35,681 nt of DNA, taken from assembly GCF_001194135.2 (NCBI RefSeq), contig NC_068982.1, forward strand, positions 100,449,085 through 100,484,765, given 5' to 3'. Source of the stretch: Octopus bimaculoides (Eukaryota). The stretch's first letter is position 1, and the number at the start of each line of letters is the position of its first letter. The position numbers and the translations under genes are program-made. The notes below the pieces were generated by a model. The model was not told where the DNA came from, did not search any database, and saw only the letters and a program-made list of their open reading frames with translations. Below are positions 22,155-31,816 of this stretch, piece after piece.

Positions 22155-23009
22155 CTATGTATGTGTGTGCGTGTATGTGAATACTATGAAATATTGATTT
22201 CCTACATTAGTATACAGTTGTAACACATTTAGTACAATAACAAGAGAATAAAGTGGTGACTGAATCGATTTTACCACATATTAAACACTAAATACTATCA
22301 GGAATTTCATCTGACGCTCCATTGTCTCAAGTGCTGGCTTCATTTTTGGCACAAGGCCATATAATTATATGAAAGTAGGGAATAGTATGTTAGTACGATT
22401 TTGTACGTCGTATGTTTTTTAAAGAGTGTTTGTGGTGTTAGAGAAGTGAAATAACAAGGCGTTCTGTAGGCTTCATTCACCTGATAATTACTGTTTTCCT
22501 TACGTTAGAAACTTTTGAAGGTTGTTCGATCTGTTAGGAATAACAGACAAATCTCACGCCCACCCAAATTATCTACCATTTAAAATGAAGAATTACACAT
22601 TGGATATTGTAGCACCGAAACGCTAAATAAAAAAAAATGAAATTTAAGAAGTAAGAAGCCGGAATAGTCATGGATGGAACGCTTAAATAATAGGTTTAAT
22701 CGATCGGTCACAAATACATGAACAGAACAAATACAGCAACAACAACGGCGGTAACAATAATAACAACAACAGCAATAACACATCCCTTTAATGCACTCCC
22801 CCTTCACTCATAATATTGGTCTTTCTTTGACAAATGATATATATTTCATGAGACAGTGAGTGAGAAATTATGACATTAGTGTCTTCCGTAAGAAGTCTGG
22901 GCGGCATTAATCAAATGAATTGTTGGTTTTCATGAAATCAGTTCGCCGTCTTGGATGACTTTTAGTTCCATGATTCCTATCATTTTCGTCTTCATTTTTA
23001 CTCATCTGC

Positions 23010-23230
23010 GAGGCAGCGAGCTGGCAGAAACATTGCCGCGCCGAGCAAAATGCTTAGCAGCATTTCGTCCGTCTCCACCTTTTGAGTTCAAATTCCACCG
23101 GGTTCCACTTCGCCTTTCATCTTTCGGGCTCAATAAAATAAGTACCAGATGAACGGTGGGGGTCGATGTAATTGATTTAGCCCCTTCCCTCAAACTGTTG
23201 GCTTTATGTCGAAATTTGAAATTATTATTA
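23010..23230 (+). mobile_element. SINE family A
   Basis: aggcagcgagctggcagaa...gagttcaaattcc...gcctttcatctttcggg...(ATT)3 tail. Confidence 0.85.
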
Positions 23231-23240
23231 CTCATCTGTC

Positions 23241-23474
23241 AGTTGCTGGATTGGGAGAATCGTTAAAGCGCCGGAATAAACTTTGGTATTTGTTCCTGCT
23301 CTTTCCGATCTGAGTTCAAATGCCACCGAGGTCAATTTTGCCTTTCATTTCTCTAAGGTTGATAAAATAAAGTAACAGTCAAGTACAGGGTGGGTGGGTT
23401 TGAGGCAGATTTAGTCGACAAAGCCCCTCCTCTCAAGATTGTTGGCCTTGTTCTTAAATCAGAAATCATTATTA
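23241..23474 (+). mobile_element. SINE family A, older copy
   Basis: agaatcgttaaagcgccgg, ctgagttcaaatgccaccgaggtc, gcctttcat; tail atcattatta. Confidence 0.75.
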
Positions 23475-23483
23475 CCCATCAAC

Positions 23484-23650
23484 AAGGCGACGAATTGGCA
23501 GCATTGTTAGAAAAGCATTTCTTCCCACTCTTTACGTTTTGGGTTCTAGCCCTACAGAGATCAACTGGAGTCAATAAAGTCAAGTACTGGGATCAGTATT
23601 TTCTCTGCAAGATTTCTAGCCTTGTGCCCATTTAAGAAATCATTATTACT
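23484..23650 (+). mobile_element. SINE family A, deleted and degraded
   Basis: aaggcgacgaattggcagcattgttag head; gccttgtgcccatttaagaaatcattatta tail. Confidence 0.6.
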
Positions 23651-23815
23651 AATCTCCGAGGAATTCCAACCGCGTTTCGTGGTTTACCACCTCAACAACT
23701 CCTTTATAGGATCCAGTGGCTAAAGACATCATCAGGAGGAACTATGTCCGGTTTCGACCCCCTACTCCTCTACCGTTTTAGACGGTAATAAACTATTATT
23801 ATCTTTAGTGGGTAT

Positions 23816-24037
23816 AAGGCAGCGAGCTGGCAGAACCGTTAGCACGCCGGGCGAAATGCTTAGCAACATTTCGTCCGTTTTTACGTCCTGAGTTCAAATT
23901 CCGTCGAGGATGACATTGCCTCTCATCTTTTCAGGGTCGATAAATTAAGTACCAGTGAAACACTGGGGTCGATGTAATTAACTAGTCCTCTTTCCCAAAA
24001 TTTCAGGTTTTGTGTCTTTAGTAGAAAGGATTATTAT
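23816..24037 (+). mobile_element. SINE family A, well preserved
   Basis: aaggcagcgagctggcagaaccgttagcacgccgggcgaaatgcttagc...gagttcaaattcc...gtcgataaattaagtaccag...agtagaaaggattattat. Confidence 0.9.
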
Positions 24038-25544
24038 CTCTAGAAGGAGTGTGATTGATATGGCTGCTTGAACGCCGAGTTAAATACCGATTGTATTTAC
24101 CTTTGCCACTTTATATTTTGGACTCAGATCCTGCTGGGATCAATAAACAAGCCCCGGTCATGAACCGAGGTTCGAATCACCCAAATACTCATCATCTTCT
24201 ATAAAATGCGTCATTGTGTCCTAATGTGAGGGGTCATTATTAATTTATTTTTAGAAAGGTGTTAAAGTATTTTAGTCCGGTTAACTTTCTCAGCTACAAT
24301 AAATAACAGATGTCAGAAAAGCTGAGAGGAAAAAATGCGAATCGAAATATTCATGATTTATATTTTACGTAATGGTGATGGAGTGACAGAATCGATGATG
24401 AGTCTTGTGGTATTTAGTTACATTTACTCTCTGAGTTCAAATCATACGAGAAAATCATTACTAATGAAATCCTGAAGATCAATATTATGGTCTACTCAAT
24501 AATCTTAAAATTTGTCACACTAGTATATATTAGATGTTGTTACATTGTATTTAACCATAGAGCGTGGTATTGACTAGGACGGTTTATGAGCACAGTTGTT
24601 AGATACGCATTACCTTATTTAATTACATATATCTACGTTAGTCTCTATCTGTTTGTCTGTCTGTCTGTCTCTTTCTATGTATCTATCTATCTATCTATAA
24701 ATAATATGTGACAATTGTTCGGTAGCCATGATAAAACTACGAGTTTCGGATGTTGGGGCGGAAACCCACGCCGCCATCTCTTCAGTTATCTGGCCAGCGA
24801 AAAAAAATGCTATGAAAATGACCGTTAAACAAAGGGAAATTACTGTGTGATTGACCGTTATTAAGACAAAAGAGNNNNNNNNNNTGACCGTTAAACAAAG
24901 GGAAATTACTGTGTGATTGACCGTTATTAAGACAAAAGAGCTATTAGAATGACCGCTAAGTGAGGGAAGGGAGTAAAGGTAAGGGAGTAAAAATGTCCAT
25001 AGTATTCGTGTAAGCGCACAAGTCCATACATACACATGCACGCCCGCACACCCACGTACATGTACCTATATGTATATACTCATCCACCCTCACTTGAAAC
25101 ACACATGTTCACCCACATACACGTCTATATACGCACAGGAAAAATGAAGGGTGGAAGGTAGTATACAGAAAAAATGTGTAAAAAATATATGGGCAATAAA
25201 CCTATAAAACAATATCTCTATAAATATGTAAAAAAATATAAAAAATATATAAGAAATATAAGTAAAAAGTATAGAGAGATAAAAAGCTTGTACATGGACG
25301 CAATATAGAAAGCAAGTGTGTATGTGTGTGTGTGAATACCTGTGTTAATCTAAAGCTTGTTAAACTATAAAGTTATAAGCCACAACAAAAATAGTTCGAT
25401 AAAAAGAATCAATGCTTTTAGTGCAGTCAATATATTTTACATATTGGATTAATTGGGACTTCCTTTTTTGCCTGTAACAGCTTAATCAGCAAATTTCTTT
25501 AAACAAGCTACTACAGGGGCGAAACTGGAAGCCTCAGCTAGCCC

Positions 25545-25600
25545 AATACTTAAAAGCGTTGTGAGTGGATTCGGTAGGCGGAAACAGAAAGAAGCCCGTC

Positions 25601-25650
<50 letters not shown>

Positions 25651-25945
25651 ATGTGTGTGTGTGCATGTGTGTGTGTGTGCATGTGTGTGTGTGTGTGTGT
25701 AGTGTGTGCGTATGTTTATATTTATGTGCGTGTCTTTGTATCTGTTTGCCCCCCCCCCGTCATCGCGTGTCAACTGATGTCAGTGTGTTTACATTCCCGT
25801 AACTTGGCAGTTCGGTGGAGGGGTTCGATAGAAGTAGTATTAGGCATACAAAGAATAAGTCATGGAGTCGATTCCTTCTAAAACCCTTGAAGGTGGTGCT
25901 CCAGAATGGCTGCAGTCAAAAGACTGAAACGAAAGAATAAAAGAC
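25545..25945 (+). mobile_element. SINE family B lacking the tRNA head, with internal (GT)n
   Basis: gtgagtggatt...gaaagaagcccgtcgtatat joins (GT)n (about 25605-25700), then the 3' body matching the reverse complement of 709-930. Confidence 0.85.
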
Positions 25946-26249
25946 TATAGAATATATATATATATATAAGGCTTGGCTACTCTGCATTGACAAGGGGCAA
26001 CACCCTGAAACTAGTCTAGTCTGCAGATGCCAAACCAGCAGGGGGACACTGCTGACCTCCCCTGTTCGAAGGTTATAAAGGACACAGGTTTCGTGTGTCA
26101 CATAGCTAGCTAGAGGCGATGGCTTCTTGGAGCTAATTCACGGCAGCTTTCGTCCTAATTTTGGGACTGCCATGTTGGCTTGGCGATAACTATTAATTTC
26201 CAGTACCGCTGCCGTAGTCTCCTTTAGAGAGACTTAGAAATATTAATAA

Positions 26250-26289
<40 letters not shown>

Positions 26290-26290
<1 letters not shown>

Positions 26291-26478
26291 ACCGTTGACT
26301 GAACACTATTCAATTTTTTTTCTCCGTGTTTTTCTCCTTGTCTCCGTATTCTTTCTGTTGAAGAGCGTAGCTCGAAACGTCAAAGACTTTCCGTATTCCC
26401 GAGCGTCATACTAATATATACTTTTGTTATTTACACCACCTGTCCTCGTCTGTTGTTATTATTTGTATATTCTCCCAT
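26290..26478 (+). repeat. Interspersed repeat between (TA)n tracts, possibly a Penelope-like terminus; contains a hammerhead-like motif
   Basis: Flanked by (TA)n on both sides; TCTTTCTGTTGAAGAGCGTAGCTCGAAACGTCAAAGA at 26350-26386. Confidence 0.45.
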
Positions 26479-26619
26479 ATATATATATGATGAAGAATTC
26501 GGGTCCTTCTGTGAAGAATTCGGGTTCTTCTGTGTCTGTCCTACGTACACGTAATGCATTTTTCACTTATTGAGTAACTGAATGCCACGCATCCCGACTT
26601 TTGTTAACAGTAAGTTATA

Positions 26620-27545
26620 TATATTCATCGAAGCATCATCCAGCCTGACTACCTCTCTCCATCCCCGCCTCCCGATCTTCCATTAGTGTTTTTAGGTCTT
26701 CAATATAACATCCAACATCTTCTGTAAGCTGTTGTATATGCGTCTTCCGTGATTTTCTGGCCGCTGTGCTACCATGATTCAGTGTCCACAGCAATACATT
26801 ACTCACTAGTTCTTTTTTACTTCTCCAGCAGTGGCCAGCAAACCTCAATCTCCGCTCTTGGATGGTTGATGAGAAAGTTGGTACATACCCATATGACCAT
26901 TGTTTTGTTGGGTGCTTCCTCCAAGAGATGTTGAGCACTGCACGTAACATTCTGGTGTAGGCACCGTCCAGCATGCACCTGGGTCTCTTGGAGAGAATCC
27001 AAGTCGGAGATCCATATACAAGCATAGATTCAACAACTGTTCTGAGACCGTCTATAGCTGCCCAAGCCTGAGCAACGCGAGATTTGATATCTTTTTCAGT
27101 GGACATGATATTGCTGCCTAGGTAAGTAAACACGTTGACATTTTTCAAGGGCTTCTGTTTGATGGTCCTGATTTCACCTGTTGTATTCAGGGTGCTAAAC
27201 TGTCTTCTTTTCATTCACATGTAGTCCTATGTTAGCGGCAGCATTTTCCAGGAAATGGAGTAAACCTTCAACATCTTTTGTATTGTTTGCGAAGAGCGCT
27301 ATGTCATCACCATAATTGGCGTCAGTCAAGGAGGTGGCCGGATACCTTCTGCTTCTAGACTACTGTAAAGTGAAACCCAGATCATTGTGTTGATCTACTG
27401 AGGTACGCAATACATAATCGAGACACAGAATGAACAAATAAGAATTCTTTCAATTTGAGGTTGGATTCGATTGAGTAGCAATGCATTATAAATCTTCGCT
27501 GCAATTGGTGTTAATGTGATTCCTCTGTAGTTTATTCCTATCTCG
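26620..27545 (-). mobile_element. RTE-clade LINE fragment (RT and C-terminus), internally deleted
   Basis: NYRGITLTPIAAKIYNALLLNRI (about 27450-27540); YGDDIALFA (about 27290-27316); FTYLGS, VESMLVYGSPTW, YTRMLRAVLNISWR, RRLRFAGHCWR, MEDR in ORF 26636-27214. Confidence 0.92.
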
Positions 27546-27959
27546 GACATGTGAGCATGCGCACAACAGCCAAACACTGCATCGCTGGAACTGCGAAGCG
27601 CATGGTTCTATACAAGGATTTTTGTACTATTTTCATAAACTAGGGGATGGCTACTGACATTAAGCTTAAGGATCATATAATGTACAAGTATAAAGAAAGA
27701 ATTAAAGAAAAAAGGACTCACTATATTGAATGTTATTGATAATACTGAGTGGAAATAGGGGGTGCTGCAGTTCCGCCGTGCCTATACACTAACCGCCACT
27801 GACCAGTAATCACGTGAAACCTCAGGTTTTACATCAGAGTGTCCCTCCCCTAGAAGAATGCAGTGATAACAATGGTTTTATCGCGTGCTCTGACACGAAA
27901 TGAGGGTATTTCCGTGCCCCTGCGCTCAAATGGATTGTCATCACATACTCTAGTTAACA

Positions 27960-28110
27960 CTTAGCGGGGTATCTGACAGATACTGTTACTCCGGGTCGGA
28001 GTAGACTCGGAAACAATAGTGGGTAGAGATGGTTTCACATTCCTCAAGACACTGGAACACAGGAATCAGAGCCCCGCCATGGGGTGCAGTTTAAAGTCAT
28101 ACCCAGGCCA
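27960..28110 (+). repeat. Degraded interspersed repeat fragment
   Basis: tactgttactccgggtcggagtagactcggaaacaatag...gtttaaagtcatacccagg; resemblance to an octopus retroposon is from recall only. Confidence 0.3.
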
Positions 28111-28254
28111 TCTAGGCAGGCAGGAAGGAAGGTTAACAAGGGTACATCAAGATGTAAGTGGACTTGAACAAACCTATCTGAGCATATGTATACTTAACCC
28201 ACGATTTGATGTATTTATCTATCTACCTATCTGTCTGTCTGTCTATATCCAGTT

Positions 28255-28350
28255 TCGTGCGACCAAATTCCCTTACAAGCTATTATTAAGGAGACACTTT
28301 CCCAAGGCGCAGAGCAGTGGAACTGAAACCGCAACTATTTGAATGCAAAG
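28255..28350 (-). mobile_element. SINE family B fragment, degraded
   Basis: gacactttcccaaggcgcagagcagtggaactgaaaccgcaac aligns to 20984-21030. Confidence 0.55.
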
Positions 28351-29039
28351 CAGACGAATCAGAAGTTAAAATGTCACCATGGTTCACTTTACTTCTCATC
28401 TTTGCATCTTCAGTATAGTTAAGTACAATGTCAAACACTAGTGTACTCGATGCAAACAAAAAGCGCGATACCAGGTCGATAAATTAGTAAGTAAATAAAC
28501 ATAAATAGATTAATGAATTCGCAGTGTTGCGTTTATGTTAGAACTCATGAATATATTTCACTATTTTAATTGTATTTATGTAAGTCGATGGTTTCCATCG
28601 CGATGTCACAGCAAATGAAAAATAACAACAGGGACCTGGATTCTCCTTTAGCTAATTGTCAGTCTATTCTTCCATAGCAATCCTACTGCACGTTTTCAAT
28701 TTAGTGAAACCTAAGCCGTTGTATAAAATTAGCAACAAACAAGAAAATCAATAAATCGTCCTGTTCGTCTCGTTTAATATATATATGTATATTTTTTCTT
28801 GCCGGGTTTTGGGTTAAATACTATCACCGCTTTCCATCACCGATGGAAACTATAAATAGTCTTGCAGTAAAGCCGACTGTAAAGTGTTCAATATGTTACA
28901 CTACGTTAATGTGACGAATACGCAAAGACAGACCGTTAGCTTAAATGACTCTCCGCAATATAATCGCTTGTATTTCGTACATCTATGCCACACACACACA
29001 CACGCGCGTGCGTTCGTTTGTGTGTATTTGTGTGTGAAG

Positions 29040-29255
29040 GCGCGTGGCTTAGTTGTTAGAGTAATTGGCTCACGAGTGTAAAATAGTGAGTTCGATTCCG
29101 GGCAGCGTGTTGTCTCCTTGAGTAAGACACTATTTCACGTTGCTTCACTCCACTCAGTTGACAAAAATGAGTTGTACATGTAATTCAAAAGTAACAGCCT
29201 TCTCACATTGGCTATGTCACGCTGAATCTTCCTGAGAACTACGTTAAGAGCACGC
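29040..29255 (+). mobile_element. tRNA-derived SINE family C
   Basis: A box TGGCTTAGTTG, B box GAGTTCGATTCC, then gtgttgtctccttgagtaagacactatttcacgttgc; homologous to 34350-34490. Confidence 0.8.
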
Positions 29256-29266
29256 GTGTTTGTGGA

Positions 29267-29364
29267 GTTATTATTATTAATATTATTATTATTATTATTA
29301 TTATTATTATCATCATTATTATTATCATCATTATCGGCGTCACTGTTGTAATTATTATTATCGT

Positions 29365-29396
<32 letters not shown>

Positions 29397-29620
29397 GTAG
29401 TAGTAGTGGTAGTAGTATTGGTAGTATTACTAGTAATAGTAGTAGTTGCTACAGCAGCAATAGTTGCTGCAGCAGTAGCGGCAGTAGTAGTATCGTTAGT
29501 AGTAGGGTTAGAATTAGCGGTGGTAGAGGAGGTGGTATTAGTGATGCTATTATTGCAGCTATTGATAGTTGCATTTGTGGTAGGAGTGTTAATAATAGTA
29601 CGGTTTTCAGTAATGACGAC
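29267..29620. repeat. Compound trinucleotide tract (TTA)n/(TAC)n/(TAG)n/(GCA)n, degenerating
   Basis: Direct reading. Confidence 0.9.
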
Positions 29621-29715
29621 GGTATATCCCATACTCGGGGATATCCCATACTCGGGGATATCCCATACTCGGGGATATCCCATACTCGGGGATATCCCAT
29701 ACTCGGGGATATCCC
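29621..29715. repeat. 17-bp minisatellite GGGGATATCCCATACTC, about 5.6 copies
   Basis: Units start at 29637, 29654, 29671, 29688 and 29705 (last one partial), with a variant at 29621. Confidence 0.97.
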
Positions 29716-29810
29716 AGAAATAGCTGTAAGATTTTTGAATTTCCTAATAACATTGTATATGACTTGAGATGCTTGCTTTGCCCTAATTCTTGCTGTCCTG
29801 TTTAACAATT

Positions 29811-29843
<33 letters not shown>

Positions 29844-29886
29844 CACACATACACACACACATGTATACATATATATATGTATATAT

Positions 29887-30045
29887 GGGTACAGGACATC
29901 ACCAACTGTGTAAGCAGCATGAAGCACGAAAACAACGAGTTAAATACGCAGACAACGAGAGAAAAATGGAAAACAGGACAGGTAACACGGAGAATGACCC
30001 TTCATCAGTTGTCGGCTGTGTATCTACTTTCCATTTCGAACATTC
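29887..30045 (-). repeat. Interspersed repeat fragment related to 19040-19210
   Basis: Shared ordered motifs, as for 19040-19210. Confidence 0.4.
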
Positions 30046-30334
30046 AACAACAATATGAATCTTCGAAGACAGTTGCTCCCATAAATTCCAAAATAAAATT
30101 TTGAATTTATGGAGGGTCAAAGTTGGGAACAAAACAGTGGAAAGATACAATGAAACCGAACGAAAACATAGGAGGTCGTTAGATCAGAGCGAGAGGAAAA
30201 TAGTGAACGCTGGGAATAATATTTTCGCTGAAAATAGAAGACATCCAGTCCTTAGAACGTCGTGCAGGAAAAGAAAGATGGTCACATGAGGAATAGAAAG
30301 ATGGACGATGGTCACGTGTGAGTAACGAAAGGGT

Positions 30335-30390
30335 TAAATACCGTTAAGCATTTCGCCCGGCGTGCTAACGTTTCCGCCTGCTCGCCGCCT
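30335..30390 (-). mobile_element. SINE family A head fragment
   Basis: aagcatttcgcccggcgtgctaacg...ctcgccgcctt. Confidence 0.75.
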
Positions 30391-30468
30391 TAATTAAAGG
30401 ATGATATAANNNNNNNNNNNNNNNNNNNNNNNNNNNNNNNNNNNNNNNNNNNNNNNNNNNNNNNNNNN

Positions 30469-30524
<56 letters not shown>

Positions 30525-30860
30525 CAAAACAAAAGGTTTGTTCAGAAATTGAACTTTTTTGTGTTTTTTTTTTGTATATGTACTCTATGATCGTTTTAGC
30601 TATATATACCAATGGGAGGAAATACGAACTCAAATACGAGTCTTCCACTTCAGTTTTCTCTTTGAATATATAAGAATTCACATGTGGTGCTAAATGCTGC
30701 TTATTTGTCATGTAATTTAAATTTGAATCGCACTGTATAATTATAATTGAAATTATATATATAAGATTTTATTGGAAGCTGAAAACGTCGTAGGTTGTTA
30801 TTCCATGTTGCACCCTCACGTTCGAAATGAAAAATTATGTAAATGAAACATATATTCCCA

Positions 30861-31816
30861 AATAGGCTACCGGGTCGTGTTGCTAGGAGTCATCAAATGA
30901 AAGAGTTGGAGTCGCATGAGAACCAGTGATGTCTGCCCACCTGACTAGCACTGGCAAGATGCAGCTGGCGGACACCAAAGGTACAATATATACCCAAAAA
31001 TAATCATGGTATCAATCAAAACAAATATCGAACACACATTTGAAGCTTGCGTACCACTTAAGAAACAGTTGATCGTTTTGAATAAATTGTATAAGCGTTA
31101 AAGTAACCGTAAATGTGTCGAAAACAGGTGAAAAATATTTATATACTTTAGAATAGACAGAGAAGGAAGGACAAAAAGGTGGGGAGAAGGTGAAAGTAAC
31201 AGGAGAAGGAATGAGGGTGAGAAAGACAGAAACAAAGAGAGAAAGAAAAAGACGGAGAAAGAAAAGAGAAGAGAAGAAGGAAAAGCTGGTGTACATTGAC
31301 AGGTAAGCATTAGAGATTAATTTATTTCTGGCATCTTTGACCACATTCAAGAAAAACTCCTTGAGAACTCTTCACTGAATTTAGAATAGGCAATTACCGA
31401 GGCTCGTGTTCTGAAAGTTTTTCAGAGAAATGTGGAGACATACGAGTTGTTTTATTTCCCTCTCAATACCATATTTGGAAGTGAAGCAAAAAGCAGCGTA
31501 CGGCTCCGTTAGTAATGAGCACATTGTTACTATCAGCAATAAATCGATCAATAGATGAAATTGAATCCAGCAAAGACAGAAACTTGCTCCAGCTGAAAAA
31601 AAAAGGTTGAATATTTTACGATCATTTTGGTGTAAATGAGTCTCTACTTCATCATCTATAACAAGGGGCTTACTGGGCTTTGAATTGAGGTAGTACCTTT
31701 TGTGTTCGCCAGCTGCATCTTGCCAGTGCTGGTCAGGTGGTCAGACATTCACTGGTTCACATGCGACTTCTAATCTTTCATTTGATAGCTCCTAGCAACA
31801 CACCCCGTACCCTATT
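30861..31816. repeat. Inverted pair of about 124-bp repeat copies (arms 30861-30984 and 31693-31816)
   Basis: Left arm gtgttgctaggag...agcactggcaagatgcagctggcg...aaaggtac is the reverse complement of the right arm, roughly 85% identical by eye. Confidence 0.9.
31308..31460 (+). mobile_element. Ty3/Gypsy gag remnant
   Basis: IRD*FISGIFDHIQEKLLENSSLNLE*AITEARVLKVFQRNVETY fits the IRDxFISG...LLE...L...A...AR.LE gag pattern of metazoan Gypsy elements. Contains stops. Confidence 0.55.

Noticed and set aside
24819-24940. Exact direct repeat of about 56 bp flanking a 10-N gap
   Set aside because: Same assembly-overlap signature.
24691-25041. Minus-strand ORF with LPSLSG...ISLCLTV, superficially like Cys-loop receptor M1-M3
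   Set aside because: Spacing does not fit M2, the ORF crosses the artefactual duplication, the DNA is built of short repeated motifs, and no supporting exons were found.
26491-26532. 21-bp tandem duplication (also 12 bp near 20296 and about 13 bp near 34630)
   Set aside because: Ordinary slippage duplications with no further structure.
27759-27810. CAGTGGCGG terminus on the minus strand, like a hAT-type MITE end
   Set aside because: No matching second end or TSD found nearby.
28372-28419. Signal-peptide-like MSPWFTLLLIFASSV
   Set aside because: Only 15 codons, with a weak donor and no downstream exon evidence.
29621-29715. CRISPR-like array
   Set aside because: The intervening 6-7 nt are identical and far too short to be spacers; eukaryotic context and no cas genes.
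29135-29808. Thr/Ser/Asn-rich and poly-Val ORFs, including (GISPSMGYPRVWDIPEY)-type repeats
   Set aside because: Products of trinucleotide tracts and the 17-bp minisatellite; the unit is not a multiple of 3.
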